Shown here piece after piece: positions 1-14,653 of a stretch of DNA of 64,000 nt (within the stretch, counting starts at the first letter, position 1; the number at the start of each line of letters is the position of its first letter). A model generated the notes under the pieces. That model was not told where the DNA came from and searched no databases. It was given only the letters and a program-made list of their open reading frames with translations. This stretch comes from the human T2T-CHM13v2.0 reference genome, Homo sapiens. The position numbers and the translations under genes are program-made. Location: assembly GCF_009914755.1 (NCBI RefSeq), contig NC_060928.1. One strand, written 5' to 3'.

Positions 1-29
1 GAAAACAAAAGTAAATAAATCAAACTAAC

Positions 30-190
30 TTTTTGAGTACCTAGCATGCAATAAGTCCTTAGCAAGAAAAATATCATTTTAGAAATAAGGAAACTGAGCC
101 TGAGAGGAGTTAAGTAAGCTAAAGACATGTATTAGTAATCAGTGGAACCAGGATGAAAACATAAGGTGTTTGACTCCAAAAATCTGTTCC
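30..190 (-). mobile_element. MIR SINE fragment
   Basis: cattttagaaataaggaaactgagcctgagaggagttaagtaa matches the reverse-complement MIR core. Confidence 0.75.
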
Positions 191-1331
191 CTTTAATGGA
201 ATATCCATAACTCTTGTAACCCTGCAGCATTTTCACCCTAGTTAGAGAGATATGATTTACAGTTTCAGATACATATGTATAATTTTTCAACTCTTTCTAC
301 TCCCCATAAATAACAATTTTTACAAATATATAGAAATCAAGATTGATCATGTGAAGTTCAAATTCAAGGAATTCAAATTATTGAAAAAAAGGCATTATAC
401 TATAAGGCTAGTCAGAGATTGAGTGGGAAGAAAAGGAAGAAAATGTATAAATATATATGTGTATGTGTATATATTCACATTCTCTTCTCAGAAGATAGGC
501 CTTCCATTAACTTCAGTAGGCAGCTGCTTGAATTGTATCCATTATCTGCATAAATATATAATGTCCCAAGTGTGCAATTATGTAGGTCCACAGTTAAGAA
601 TGAGTCGGTTTTAAAATCTATGTGCTGGGAACCTGACTGTTTCTGAAATATTTGCATTTGAAAGAATAGAGACTCTTCATAGAAACTGTCAGCAGCTCAA
701 TGCAGCTTATTAGTGCCCATTTTATACTAAAGAATGAGCATTATGGCTTGGAATTCTCTTTCTCCCCAGCCAGAGAGACATGCTTTCCCTATCACAGTTT
801 GATGAGTCTGGGGTTAGTTGGCTTATTGCCCATTCCACTGATGCAGAACACTCTGTGCACATTTGGGCTTATAATATATAAGAAGTCCATATCTGAAACA
901 CAATATGGGTAGTCCATTTACTATTCAATCGATACCATCATTCACTGAGCTAAATATACATGTTTATTATTTCATCACAATTGCATTATCATCGTTAAAA
1001 ATCTTCCACAATCCTTTTTCTAAGTTCCTGACTACACACAAAACAGTTGTGTGTTTCCCTAGAAAGTTAACAATCTAAGTAAAGTTACAAACTTTGAAAG
1101 TGCAGTTGCGCGACTTTATATAGAAGAGAGATGATCTGTTTAATTTTATGTTTGATTAGCACACGTTTTTATGTAATCTTATCATTTATATTTCTAATGA
1201 AAGAATTGCTATATCTTCAACATCTACTGAATTCTACTAAGCAAAACTAAGTAGCTTATTCAAATCATGCTAACATTTATACCTTAAAGCAAATTCTAAT
1301 AATGTTAGGAAGATAGGATTCCTTCATTCAC

Positions 1332-1392
1332 ATGCATATTTGTTCATTTTCATACTGCTATAAAGAACTGCCCAAGGCTGAAAAAATTCATA
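1332..1392 (-). mobile_element. Short THE1/MST LTR terminal fragment
   Basis: tttgttcattttcatactgctataaagaactgcccaaggctg resembles the THE1 LTR end (tgtattagtccattttcatactgctataaagaactgcc). Confidence 0.55.
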
Positions 1393-1472
1393 CTAACACA
1401 GGCTTTGTAAGTCTTTTAAATAATGTATATTTTATTAATTATTATACAACTATAAATCCAAAGCTTGATTTT

Positions 1473-1795
1473 TTCAATTTATGTTTTATCTTTATTTTAT
1501 TTTTTATTTTTGGAGAGAGTATCACTCTGTTGCCCAGGCTGCAGTGCGGTGGTGTGATAATAGCTCACCACAACATCAAACTTCTGGCTCAAATGATCCT
1601 CCTGACTCAGCCTCCCAAGTAACTAGGACTACAAGTGTAAGCCACCATGCTGGCGATGTTTTTATTTTTTGTGGAGATTAAGTTAAGTTTTCACTATGTT
1701 GACCAGGCTGGTTTCCAACTTCTGGCCTCAAGCAATTCTCCTGTCTTGGCCTCCCATAGTGCTGGGATTACAGGCATGAGCCATTGCACCCAATC
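1473..1795 (-). mobile_element. Alu (AluJ-like), full length
   Basis: T-rich tail, dimeric Alu body; TSD caaagcttgatttt (1459-1472) / caaagcttaatttt (1796-1809). Confidence 0.93.
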
Positions 1796-2299
1796 CAAAG
1801 CTTAATTTTCTTTCCGCTTGGAACCAAGATGTCAACTGATGCCCAGCCAGCAAGTCATAAAACAGGGCCAGCTGACTCACTTTGATGGTCATCACCTACT
1901 TCAAATGTGTACTGAACCCTACTCAGGATCCCTATTACAAATATGAGAATCTCTCACTTTGCCCTGTCTCACAAACATTCAAACTCTCCAACTGAAAACT
2001 TCCAACCATTCACTGCTTCTCCTTCCAATGACTCTAAAATACGACCTCAAATTCTAATTTTTGGAGAAATTAGAAACCATGCAAATAGGAAATACCTCAT
2101 TTTACTAATATGAAAAACTATAAACCTACCCTGCTCTACACCCATTCTATATTCCATCAATATAGTTAAAAGAGACATGCATTTATACATTTTGAGTATG
2201 TCTTCAATTGCGTTTTATTAATAGATATCATTTTAGTCTCAGTTCTCTAATTTTACAGAATCTGGCAACATAAATAACAGGAATTTTTCTTTGTTTTCC

Positions 2300-2353
2300 T
2301 TGTATAAAAAGCCCCTTAACTTTGTGTAAAAGTCCCTTAACTTTGTATAAAAG
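2300..2353. repeat. Short tandem duplication, ~21-bp unit x2.5
   Basis: ttgtataaaaagccccttaact / ttgtgtaaaagtcccttaact / ttgtataaaag. Confidence 0.8.
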
Positions 2354-2759
2354 TTAGTCTTCACCTTTCAATTTGTTCAAGTCTCTCCTACTACAAAGCA
2401 ACCTCATTCAAACCACAAGATACTACTCTGAGTCCATTTTCACATTCCCCATTCATTCTTCAAGTCATTTTAATATAACTTCTTGCTTATCATTTAAAAT
2501 ACAGTCCTCTTGTTTTTTGTTAAAAACAATGTATAGAATTAAATTATCTATGCTTTAAATATTTCGAATAATTATCTGCTAACACTTTTTTGTACCTGGT
2601 GTTATTTACTGAGCAGATTCAAAATTTTCAAGTTATTGTACTACTAATCTTTCTGTGTCATGTGAATGAGTTTTGGTAGGCTATGGTTTTTATAAGTAAT
2701 TTTATATGCTTTCTAATGTAAAATTGGGACTACATTTTTTTGATATAATTTTTAATTTC

Positions 2760-3411
<652 letters not shown>

Positions 3412-3422
3412 TAAGCAATCTT

Positions 3423-5910
3423 GATAGAGATTTGTTGTTTACTGTTCTTTTAAAGTACTGATTTCTAACTTTGTCTATCTTCTTTATTTTATATTTAATT
3501 TTTACATGTACATTTTATCTTTATTTTTCTTTCCTTTTTAGGGGGGCTCCATTTGCTATATTTTTGTAACTTTTTAAGATGGATACCTCCTTGATTTTTA
3601 GCTTTTTCTTTTTTATATATAAGTATTTGGTTCAATTTTGATATGGAATGCTTTCATTATTGTTTGGTTCATGTTTAAATTTTTGTTATATTTTTTAACC
3701 CATTAGTTGTTTGGAAGTATAAGATTTCTGAATATATTTATTTGGTATTTTAAAATTATTTTTTTCTAATTTAATAATATTGCAGTAATTTGTATAATTT
3801 GCTACATTGCCAATTATTTGAAGCTTGATTAGATGTGTATTACAGTCTATTTCAAAGTCAGTTTTTATAAATACACTATGTGTGCTTGGAAAATAAATTA
3901 CCTGTTCTCCAGTTTTGCAATTCCAGGTTCAATATATGTTCATGTGAGCAAACTTAGTAACTGTATTGTTCATATCTTCCATATATTCAGTAAATTTAAT
4001 TTTAGATCTCTTAATAGTTAGAATGAAACCTCTCCATGCATTGGTAGATTTATTAAGTTCTCCCTATCATCTGTTTTTTTGTTTTTGGTATCTTTGAATA
4101 TGTTATTAGGTACGAAAATGTAGAATTCTCTATATGCCTCATATTAATTGAAAGATTTTATCTCAAAGAATGGTTTCAGCTTTAAGTTCAATTTTGTCTC
4201 AGCTTCAACTCTAGCCTGATTGGTGATTATATTCCTTTTCTTTTAATGTCCCTAGCTCTTTGAGCTTTATATGAATTTCTCGTGAATTAAACATAAATTG
4301 ATTCATAAAAATAAATCTTATAGTCCCTACAGGTGTTTGTTTCAGCTAATTTTTGCTTTCTATTACTACTGATTTTTCTGTTTTTTTCTATGTGTACATT
4401 ATGCCATCTTTAAAATTGATTATTTTTCCATTTATTGCATATGGTTTTATATCAAATGATTTATGGTTTTAATGGTTGTTTGTATTTAAATCTATTTTTA
4501 AAATTCTAAAGTGAGGCAGTATCCATACACTGCCCCAAAACAATCCAGAACTATAGTATATTTCAACTACAATCATAAAGTACCCAACAATGCCAAACAT
4601 CCATATTTTCTTTGTCAAATATTTCAGGTCTATGTTAGCATTTTAACTTTTTAAAAAATTATTTAACAAACAATCATAAATGTTTACCATGTGCAAATCA
4701 CTATTTTAAACTCTGTAAAATTCTTTTTTAATCCTAGACATAATCTTAGGAGGTTATTATTGTTGTATGTTTCAACATTTTCATTTTGTTTAGTTTTTGC
4801 ATTTGTTTACTATTTTATTTTACTATTCATTCCTAGTTTGAAGTCTTTTTTCTGTGGCCAATTTACTTGTTTCTAAAATACACCTTTAAGAAATTCTGCT
4901 AGTGAGTGTCCATTATTGATAAACTTTCTAAAATTTATGTAAAAATGACTTCATTCTGCCATTTTTCTTGAAAGATGGCTAAATTTAACTACATAAATGT
5001 AGCTATTTAAACTACATAAAAACTCATACATTGATGATTATTTAGATTCTCTTCTTTATTACTCTGTGAAGAATTTTCTAAATTCCATTGGTTCTCAGAA
5101 GAAGTCTGCTGTTGATAGTATTGTTTTATTTTCTCTCCTTTTCTTTTCTTTTTTTTTTTTTTAAGAGACAAGGTCTTGTTCTGCCATTCAGTCTGGAGTG
5201 TAGTGGCACAATCACATCTCATTGCAGCCTCAACCTCTGGGGCTCAAGCAAGCCTCCCACCTCAGCCTCTTCATTAGCTAGGACTACAGGTGCATGCCAC
5301 CATGTCTGGCTAATTTTTTTACTTTTTGTAGAGTAAAGGTCTCACTATGTTGCCCAGGCTGATCTCTAATTTCTGGTCTCAGGTAATCCTCCCACCTTGG
5401 CCTCTCAAAGTGCTGGGATTACACACGTAAGCCTCTGCACTGGCTGCTTTTTTTTTTAATAGGTAATTTTTTGTTTCATTGTGGATACTTTTAGGATTTT
5501 TTCTTAGTGTTCAAAAGTTTTAAATTTTATTAAAATTTAATTAAATTTGCATTTATATATATTTCTTCATGTTTCTGTTGCATGTGCTTGGTTCAGTCTG
5601 AATATTTACATCTTTCGTCTCTTCTGGAAAATTCCATTAAATTATTACCTTAAATGTTTCCTCTTCGAACCCTCTGGATTGCTCCTTCTGGGATTCCAAT
5701 TAAATATATCTTAGACTTTCTTATTTTACTTCCATGTCTATGGTTATTCCTCTATAATGTTGTTTTTCTTTGTTCCTTTGTCAATTTATATATAATGTAT
5801 TTTAGCTCATTCTCCCTTGAGTTATTTATATTATTTAACACATTTATTGATTTTTTAATTAAAATAATTTTATTTTGCATTTCTAGAAATTTTGTCTCAT
5901 TTCTAAAATC
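3423..5910 (-). mobile_element. Ancient L1 (L1M) fragments, interrupted by an Alu
   Basis: T-rich degraded sequence resembling antisense L1M ORF2/ORF1 regions. Confidence 0.55.
5138..5445 (-). mobile_element. Alu (AluJ-like)
   Basis: Poly-T tail; gcagcctcaacctctggggctcaagc and gtctcactatgttgcccaggctg are AluJ-type sequence. Confidence 0.93.
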
Positions 5911-5914
5911 CCCT

Positions 5915-6777
5915 ATTTTTTTTTAATTTTTTTCTTTATTTGTGGAAATTTATGAGACACAAGTGCAGTTTTGTTACATGCATGGATTGCATAGCAGTGA
6001 AGTCAGAGATTTTAGGGTAACCACCACCCAAATAATGTACATTTTAGCGACCAAGTAATTTCTCATCATCCACCCCGATTCCATACCTTTACCCTTCCCA
6101 GTCTTCACTGTCTATCATTCCACACTATATCCATGCAGACACATTATTTAACTCCCACTTATAAGTGAAAACATGTGTTATTTGTCTTTCTGTGTCTGAT
6201 TTGTTTTACTTAAGATAATGGTCTCCAATTTCATCCATGTTGCTGCAAAAGACATGACTTTAGTCTTTTTTTATGGCTGAATAGCATTCCATTGTACTAC
6301 ATCTCAAAATACCACATTTTCTTTTTCAGTCTTCTGTTGATGGACACATAGGTTGCTTCCATGTCTTGCCATTTTGAATAGTTCTGCAATAAACATATGA
6401 GTGCCAGTATTATTTTATATAATGATTTCCTTTCTTTAAGGTAAATACCCAGTAGTGGGACTGCTGAATCAAATGATGGTTCTCTGTAGCTTTTTGATAA
6501 ATCTCCACACTGCTTTTCATAGAGGTTGAGCTGGTTTACATACCCACCAAGAGTACCCTTATCTCCATATCCTCACCAATATCTGTTATCTGTTGACATG
6601 TTAAAAACAGCCATTCTGACTGGTGTAAGAGTATATCTCATTGTGGTTTTAATTTGTGTTTATCTGATGATTAGTGATGTTCAGTATTTTTTATATACCT
6701 ATTGGTGATTTGTAAATCTTCTTTTGAAAAATGTTTATTCATATCCTTTGCCTACTTCTTAATGTGATTATTTGTGG

Positions 6778-6824
<47 letters not shown>

Positions 6825-7100
6825 GACTGGTTTGAGTTCCCTATTTATTCTATATAATAGACCCTTGCTTGATGCATATTTTGAAAATATTTTCTCCCAT
6901 TCTGCAAACTATCTGTTCACTCAATTAATTATTTGTTTTTCTGTGCAGAAGTTTTTTAATTTAATTAAATCCTGTTTGTCTACTTTTGGTTTTGGTGCCT
7001 GTGCTTTTGAGTCTTAGTAATGAATTATTTGCCTAGACCAAAGTCCAGAAGAGTTTTTCCAGTTTTTCCTATTTTTTTAAGTATCTTTATAGTTTTATAT
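5915..7100 (-). mobile_element. L1 3' end (L1PB/L1MA-like), 5'-truncated
   Basis: T-rich tail at left, L1 3'UTR (gtgcagttttgttacatgcatggattgcatagcagtgaagtc) and antisense ORF2 C-terminus. Confidence 0.88.
6781..6822. repeat. (TG)n microsatellite
   Basis: About 21 perfect TG units. Confidence 0.98.
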
Positions 7101-7130
7101 CTATAAAGATACTAGAAGAAAACAGAGACT

Positions 7131-8744
7131 CATCCAAACCATATCATTCTGGCCAGCCCCTCTCAAATCTCATGTCCTTCTCACATTGCATGCTTTCCCA
7201 ACAGTCCCCCAAAATCTTCATTCTTTCCAGTGTTACTCTGCAGTCCAAAGTCTAAAGTCTCACCTAGAACAAGACAAGTCCCTTCTACTATTAAAAAAAA
7301 AAAAGAAAAACAATTAGGTAACTCCAAAGATACAATGAAGGTACAAGCATTGGGTAAATACTCTCATTCCAAAAGGGAAAAATCAGCCAAAAATAGAGCC
7401 ATAGGCCCCATGCAATTCTAAAACCCAGCAAGGCAGTCATTAAATCTTAAAGCTCCAAAATAATCTTTTTTGGCTCCATGTTTCACATCCAGGGCACACT
7501 GACACAACAGTTAGCCTTCCAAGGCCTAGAGTAGCTCTGCTGCTGTGGTTTTAAGGTTTCAGCCCCCACAGCTGCTCTCATGGGCTAGTGTTGAGTGCTT
7601 GCAGCTTTTACAAGTGCAAGGTGCAAGCTTCCAGTGACTCTATCATTCCAGGGTCTGGAGGACGATGGCCCTCTTCTCATAGCTCCACTAGGCAGTGCCC
7701 CAGTGGGGACTCTGTGGGGGCTCCTACCCCACATTTTCTCGTTGCAGTGTCCTAGTAGAAGTTCTTCATGAAGACTCCACCCCTGCAGCAGGCTTCTACC
7801 TGGACATCCAGGCATTTCCATATATCCTCTGAAATCTAGGCAGAGGCTCCCAAGCCTCAACTCTTACACTCAGTGCACCCATAGGCTTAGCACCACATGG
7901 ACGCCACCAAGGCTTACAGCTTGCAACCTCTGAAACAGCAGCCTTAGCTATACCTGAGCCTCTTTTAGCCATTGCTGAAGCTGGAGCAACTGAGATGCAA
8001 GGAGCAGTGTTCTGCGGCTGCATAGGGCAGTCAGGCCCTGGGCCTGGCCCACAAAACCATTCTTCCTTCTTAGGCCTCTGGGCCTGTGATGGAGGGGCTG
8101 GCATGAAGATCTCTGAAACGCCTTTGAGGCTTTTTCCCCATTGTCTTGGCTATCAGTACTTACCTTCCTTTTAGTTACGCAAATTTCTCCGGCTGGCTTG
8201 AATTCCTCCCCGGAGATGCACTTTTCTTTTCCACCACAGGGCCAGGCTGCAAATATATCAAACTTTTACACTCTGCTTCCCCTTTAAGTATAAGTTCCAG
8301 TTTTATGTCACTTCTTTGTTCATGCATATGAGTTAGGTTGTCAAAAGCAGCCAGGCCAAATCTTAAATGCTTTTCTGCTTAGAAATATCTTCCAACAGTT
8401 ACACTAAATCATCTCTCTCAAGTTCAAAGTTCCACAGATCCCTAGGGCAGGGAAACAATCCATCCAAGCTCTTTGCCAAGATGTAACAAAAGTCACCTTT
8501 GCTCCAGTTCCCAATAAGTTTCTCATTTCCATCTGAGACCTCATTAGCCTGGCCTTCATTTTCCATATCACTATCAGCATTCTGGTCACAACTATTCAAC
8601 AACTGTCTAGGAAGTGCCAAACTTTCCTGTCTTCTTCTGAGCCCTCCAAACTGTTCTAACCTCTGCCTCTTATCCAGCTCCAAAGCTTCTTCTACATTTT
8701 CAAGTATCTATATAGCAATGCCCCACTACTCAGTATCAATTTTA
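7131..8744 (-). mobile_element. MST-int (ERVL-MaLR internal region) with ~16-bp remnant of the 3' LTR
   Basis: catccaaaccatatca LTR terminus, then internal sequence homologous in reverse complement to the THE1 internals at 35.6-37.2 kb and 50.6-52.1 kb. Confidence 0.9.
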
Positions 8745-9168
8745 TGTATTAGCCCCTTCTTACATTGCTATAAAGAAACACCCGAGACTGGATAATTTAT
8801 AAATAAAAGAGGTTTAATTGGCTCATGGTTCTGCAGGCTATACATAAAGCCTGGAGGTTTCTGCTTCTTGAGGGGACCTTAAGAAACTTACAATCACGGC
8901 AGAAGGAGAAGGAGATGCAAACACATCTTACACAGCAGGAGCAGGAGCAGGAACAAGAGAGGTGGGGCAGGGCTACACAGTTTTAAACAACCAAATATCT
9001 GGATAACTCACTCACTGTCATAAGAGTAGCACCAAGGGTATGGTGCTAGCCCATTCATGGGGACTACGCTCTTACGATCCAATTACCTCCCACCAAGCCC
9101 CACCTTCAATACTGGAGATTATAATCTGTCATGGGATTTGGGCAGGGACATGGATCCAAACCATATCA
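8745..9168 (-). mobile_element. MSTA-like LTR (5' LTR of the MaLR provirus)
   Basis: tgtattag...ccaaaccatatca termini, 424 bp, with agcaccaagggtatggtgcta block typical of MSTA. Confidence 0.88.
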
Positions 9169-9585
9169 AGGTGATTAAAGTTGCCTATTGAATTTTGGTA
9201 GTCTATTATTGCCTTGTTATGTTTTTACCTCCCTCTTTTTCCTTTAAGTCATTAAACATTTCACATAATTATTTTAGTGTCTCTAATCGTTCCAATATCT
9301 TTCACCCTTCAAAATTTGATACTGCTATTTGTTATTTTGCTGTAATTCATAGCAGCTTCTTTCTTCATATGTCGTTTAATTTATTATTATGCCCATATTT
9401 GATGTTCATGATTTCTGAAAATTCTGAGAACCTAGGGGGTTTTGTTCTCCAAAAAGGATTTGCATTGATGCTATCTATTGTCCCAAGATGATTGTGATGA
9501 CATTAAATAGAATTTCTTGGCTGGGGTTTTTCCAGGCTCCAAAAGGAGTGAATATTTACATTCCTTATATAAATGATGGCAGATG

Positions 9586-9732
9586 TTGAGCAGAGTGGCT
9601 CACACCTGTAACCACAGCACTTTGGGAGGCTGAGGTGGGAGGCTCACTTGAGCCCAGAAGTTTAAAGCTGCAGTGAGCCATGACTGTGCCACTGCATTCC
9701 AGCCTGGGCAACAGAGCTAGGCCCTGTCTCCA
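9586..9732 (+). mobile_element. Monomeric Alu (FRAM/FAM-like)
   Basis: Single ~150-bp Alu arm; TSD ataaatgatggcaga (9569-9583) / ataaatgatagcgga (9809-9823). Confidence 0.85.
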
Positions 9733-9808
9733 ATACATACATACATACATACATACATACATACATACATACATACATTCATATATACATACATAAATAC
9801 GTATATAC
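9733..9808. repeat. (TACA)n microsatellite derived from the Alu tail
   Basis: atacatacatac... run located inside the TSD. Confidence 0.95.
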
Positions 9809-10329
9809 ATAAATGATAGCGGAACTCTGGTTTCTGATTTTTAGCGTATACTTATTTTCCCAGTAACAGCAGAATATGACTGGGCAATAAACTTGTGGTC
9901 TCTCTTTTCTGTAGAGTAAAAATTTTGCTTGGTATTTGTTTTGTTCATTCTTTCTCAGTAGGCATACTTATTTGGCGGTCTAGCCTTTATAAAAGGATCT
10001 CAGTTCTAATTCACCACTTTGCACGGACACAATGCTTTGTCTCCTTTAGCGATCAGAGCTGCTAAAACCCGAAGCTTTAAATTCGTAAAAGACAAATTAT
10101 CTGACAAAACTACCATCATTAACTCATGCTGACCATTTTGATTTTAAGGTTTGCTGGTCCCACTTAAATTTGGTTCCTAGCAGTAGTCTTACTTTTCTCT
10201 GGACTGTTATATATTTTAGAAAGAAGGCTTATTGTTGTTATCCAGTAGCTGTAGGATTGTGTGTGTGTGCACATGTGTGTAATACATAGTTGCTTAATCT
10301 TCTTTTGTTAAAATCAACAATATTCTCCA

Positions 10330-11325
10330 TATCTTTATATCCAGTAGATATTTGATGAATTCTACAATTCAACTAACCTTTCTGAAGCATGGAATAATGT
10401 GGACTGTCCCCTCCTTAAAACACTTTCTTGACCTCTCTTTCATTATGATACTACACTGATTTTTTTTTCCAATCTCACTGGTTGCACATTCTGGCTCCTT
10501 TGCTAGCTCATGTTCCTTTCATGGACATAAATGATAAAATTATCTAAGCTTTATATTAGGGCCTCTCTTTTTTATCTATATTTTCTCTATGAGTGTTTGT
10601 GCCACTTTCATTATGAACAATTACCAACAGAGATATCTTTTTTAAGCACAAATCTGATTATCTCACACCACTGCTTACGTTTATTCAGTTATTTTCAATG
10701 CTCTAAGAAAAAAGAAAAATTTGATTAGCATTGTCTGCAAAAGGCTTGGAGAAGATCTATTGTCACCTTTGTCTCCAGCAGCGTGCCTGCTCTCCTCCCT
10801 TCATGTCTGCACTGGCCTTTTTAAATCCTTCATATTCACTGTGCTTATTCCTAATTTTTTCATAGCATTTCCCTTTGCCTGACACACTCTTTCATCTCCT
10901 TTGCATCTAAATAAGGCCTACCCATTCTTCAGAACTCAGTTTAGCATAGCTATCCTCGAATCCCCTGTGCTGATTGCCTTGAATAGCTCAAAGAATTCTT
11001 TCATTGGCTGTCACTTTTTCATTGAACATATGTGTCAGAATCTGTTCTATATGTTGGAATATGTCTAGCAGTAAACACAATCGATTGAAGCTCTTTCTGC
11101 ATAGTTGAAGGAGGCAATATAGGTTAGATGATAAACAAATAAGCACATATATATGCTTCAGTAAATATTAATTGGGAAAAGGACTCCTTAGCACTTCTCA
11201 CAGTTTTAATTTCAAATTTGTTTCTGTGTTTATTTAAACTAAGGCGCATGCTATTTTTTGCTCATTATTGAACCCCCAATGTTTCCTATGGTGCCTGTCA
11301 CACCATAAATACCCATTAAAAGTCT
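10330..11325 (+). mobile_element. L2 LINE fragments (possible opposite-strand L2 piece at ~10995-11170)
   Basis: ccctccttaaaacactttctt..., and an L2 3' end-like ggtgcctgtcacaccataaatacccattaaa. Confidence 0.65.
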
Positions 11326-11329
11326 GTGT

Positions 11330-11440
11330 TTTGATGGATGTCCCAATTACCCTGATTTGATCATTACATATTGTATACATGTATTAAAATATCACATGTT
11401 CCCCCAAAATGTGCCCAACTATTTCATCTCAATAAAAATT
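11330..11440 (+). mobile_element. L1MA 3' terminal fragment
   Basis: cccaattaccctgatttgatcattacatattgtatacatgtattaaaatatcacatg...aataaaaa. Confidence 0.8.
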
Positions 11441-13899
11441 ATATTCTTGTAATATTTATGTGTAGGGAGAGATTTTCTGTTGCATCTGCAGGCATCTTGG
11501 TATAAGATTTTAAATTTAACTATATTAGTTAAATTAAATAGATATTTGTTAGTTTAAGTATAATTCTATGTGCCACGGAACATATATCATCCTGAAGCTT
11601 GCATTCTATTGGTTCAGGATATAAAACAATAAACAGATTTAAAAAATAAACATATACAAATTCCCAGACCCATAATAATAATTCTATGCCTTTTAACAAG
11701 GCACCAATATTCAATAGTTAGAGAACATGGATATAGTTAAGCTCTCTAAAAATTACATCACTTCTAACATGCTTTGTATTGCAATTGATTAACCCAGAAC
11801 CAAAGCTAGAACTCATCTTCCCTAGCATCCAAATTAGGTCATTTGGCACCATGGTATGTATCCCTCATGTAATGCATACCAAGATAATCATGTTCAACAA
11901 AAAAGATTATTCAAGGTTAAAATTCCCATCAGATAAGCAAAACTACCTAGCACAGTATATGAAGCAAAGTTTGTGTTCAAACAATATAAGTTCAGTTAGC
12001 CCAAGTACAAGAATGTATAAACAGATCCCACTTCTTTCTTTTTAGGGGGGCAGCAGAAGGTTCAGAAAGTATTCCATTTTTTTCCCATATGTCCACAGAA
12101 AAAGGGATAAAAGTGGAATAGTAAAATGTATGTTAGAATTTGGGTCCCAATAAATAATTGAGTAATTTCCAATCCTCCCTGACTTCTGCCTTTCGGGATT
12201 GCTGTTGCTCTCATACTAACTTCTCTTGCCCAGGGGCTTCCATTGCATAGTCTATGTAAGTTTCCCACTGAAGGTGGAATGATGAACGGATATTTGTCCT
12301 ACTCCCCTACATGAGATTAACGGCAATAAATAACAACACAAAAAACTCCAATTAAGAAGAAAACCTCTACTACTTTTTTTTAAAGCAACATAATAAAGTA
12401 AACTCTAAAATGCAAGTGACAGAAACAATGACTTCTAGAAATCAACCAGGAGATACTTCATGGTCTGCCACGCCTCGCTCCTGTTGGGAGAACAATACAC
12501 TTCAGGAAATAGAATAATTATGAAGTCCTCATCAACAACTTTTAACTTAAAGGGAAAAAGGAAAGGAGCGAAAAAACAAAAGGGCAAAAAAGAGGAGCAA
12601 ATAAAGGACAGAACAAAAGATACAGGAGAAGTGAAAAGTACCAAAGTTGGGGACCATTTCTACAACATTGGAAGACAGGGTAAAAATACGTAAATTGTAT
12701 TTCTCAACCATTTCCTAATGGTGAGGGGGAAATCAGATGCAGAAATCATTAAGCTGAGAACTTGACACGGAGCAACTGACCAAATACAAGACAGATGAAA
12801 TAAAAAATGATCCATCAAGAAAGAGCCTTCTGACCCAAGAAACTTTATATTGACCCAGACTCCTGCCAGGTGATATACTCAATCTAAAGTGAGGAAATAA
12901 TGTTCATCTGTAGACTCCCTTTAACCTCTTCTGCCTTTGGGAAAAAGAGTAGGATTCAACAGGGCATAGGAGAACAGCAATCCGACTTACCCTCTGGTTC
13001 CGCTGAAACACAGGATTAACTGAAGGCTCATAAACGAGAAGTGTGCAGCCTCCCAACCTAAAATAAACACCAGAGCAATGATTTAAACATTATGCCTGGA
13101 TATGCGATAGAGTAGAATGGAGAAAGGAGAGATAAAGGAACTAAAAATGGCTTGATTGACCCTACCCTTCAATATGTGAGATTCAAAAGGGGGCAGAAAA
13201 ATGCAGAGAAGTCAAAAGCACCCAAATTGGAGATCGTTTTCGCAGCACTACTATTTGGACACTGAAGTTAACAAATTGAGATATGGATGAATAATATGAT
13301 TTAGTGTTATGGATGTAATAATTACTGTAATCAAAACCAGATTTTAAAACTTATAGATTATCAGAAGAGATTCTATATATTTATTTAAACATATACCTAT
13401 ATATATATATATCTCACTACATGTATGTAAACACAAATACAAGCAGCATAGGTGTTAATACACTAAAAACACATAACTATATATCATATACATATGCATG
13501 TGTATAGATATAATTCATATATAATAAGATGACACATGGAAAATACATGTATGATACTAAATGAAAAAAGAATGGGACTAACACTTTAGGTTGAATACAT
13601 AAGTTATATGCAGGCTCTAAGGTTACAGGACAGATTCCTCATTCTAAAACACTACACATTTATAGGGAACTACTTAATAATGAGAGATTCTTGGTCTAGA
13701 AAATTGTCTTATCATAAACAAGGAGCCTCTGGAGCACAGTGGCTGGAATCAGACTGCACCCCCGTTACGCTAACTCGGAAGAGTTCTAGTTAAACTACAA
13801 AAATAGGAAAGGGAGCAAAAGCAGGGTACAAGGGAAAGTTAGTGAGCTGTTCAAGCCAGTGGAGTTAGCCTTCCCTCAAGTTCAAATATAATCATATAA

Positions 13900-14195
13900 T
13901 GCTTTTACATTATGTATACAAGTCATGTAGCATCAAAATACTGCAGCCAAAATGTTAAGAAATACAAGCAGAATATTAGGGTAGCAAAATTACAGATTTT
14001 ACCTCAGTTCTCTCAATCCAGGGGGGAAATTGGCCAAACATAATAAACAGTAGAAGGGATCTGAATTATACAATTAATAAGGTTGGGAACGTATCTCTTA
14101 TATAGGCAAAGGCAGAATATGATAATACAACTTATTTCAAATTAACTCACATGTTAGGCTATGGACACAAATTGAATCTCAACAAAATTTGGTGA
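13900..14195 (+). mobile_element. Possible ancient L1M endonuclease-region fragment
   Basis: A-rich sequence with weak resemblance to the L1 ORF2 5' part (cacatgttaggctat...aatctcaacaaaattt). Confidence 0.35.
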
Positions 14196-14432
14196 GGGAA
14201 AAATAACATTAAAATAGAATGGCCTGGGTACTAATCCTAACTTTGATTTTGTTTTTCTTTTTTTCTTTTGTAATTAATAGACTATTTTTTGAACAGTTTA
14301 ACAGTACATAAGAATTGAATGTAAAGTACAGAGTTTCCATATACGCCTCATCCCTCCTCCCCACTGCCAAATTTCACCTACTATTAACATCTTGCATTAA
14401 TGTAGTACTTTTTTTTGTACTACATCAATAAA

Positions 14433-14653
14433 ATGGAAACTGTGAAATAATAAATATGTGGTGTATTAAGCTGCTAAGTTTTTGGTAACTTGTTAAACAG
14501 CATACAAATCTAATACATAAAACAACAAGTAATTAATAATGAGTAAAAGATCTGAGCAGACACCTCACCAAAGATGATATGCAGATGACAAATAAGTATT
14601 TAAAAATATGCTCCACAATTAAAACAAAAATATGCTCCACAACATATGTTCCC
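14433..14653. repeat. Inverted duplicate of 15761-15960
   Basis: Reverse complement aligns end to end, e.g. ttaagctgctaagtttttggtaacttgttaaacagcatacaa and aaaagatctgagcagacacctcaccaaagatgatat. Confidence 0.93.

Noticed and set aside
5520-5550. AT-only palindromes (aaatttaattaaattt)
   Set aside because: Expected in low-complexity AT-rich sequence
13370-13560. TA/CA-rich quasi-palindromic tract
   Set aside because: Degenerate low-complexity repeat
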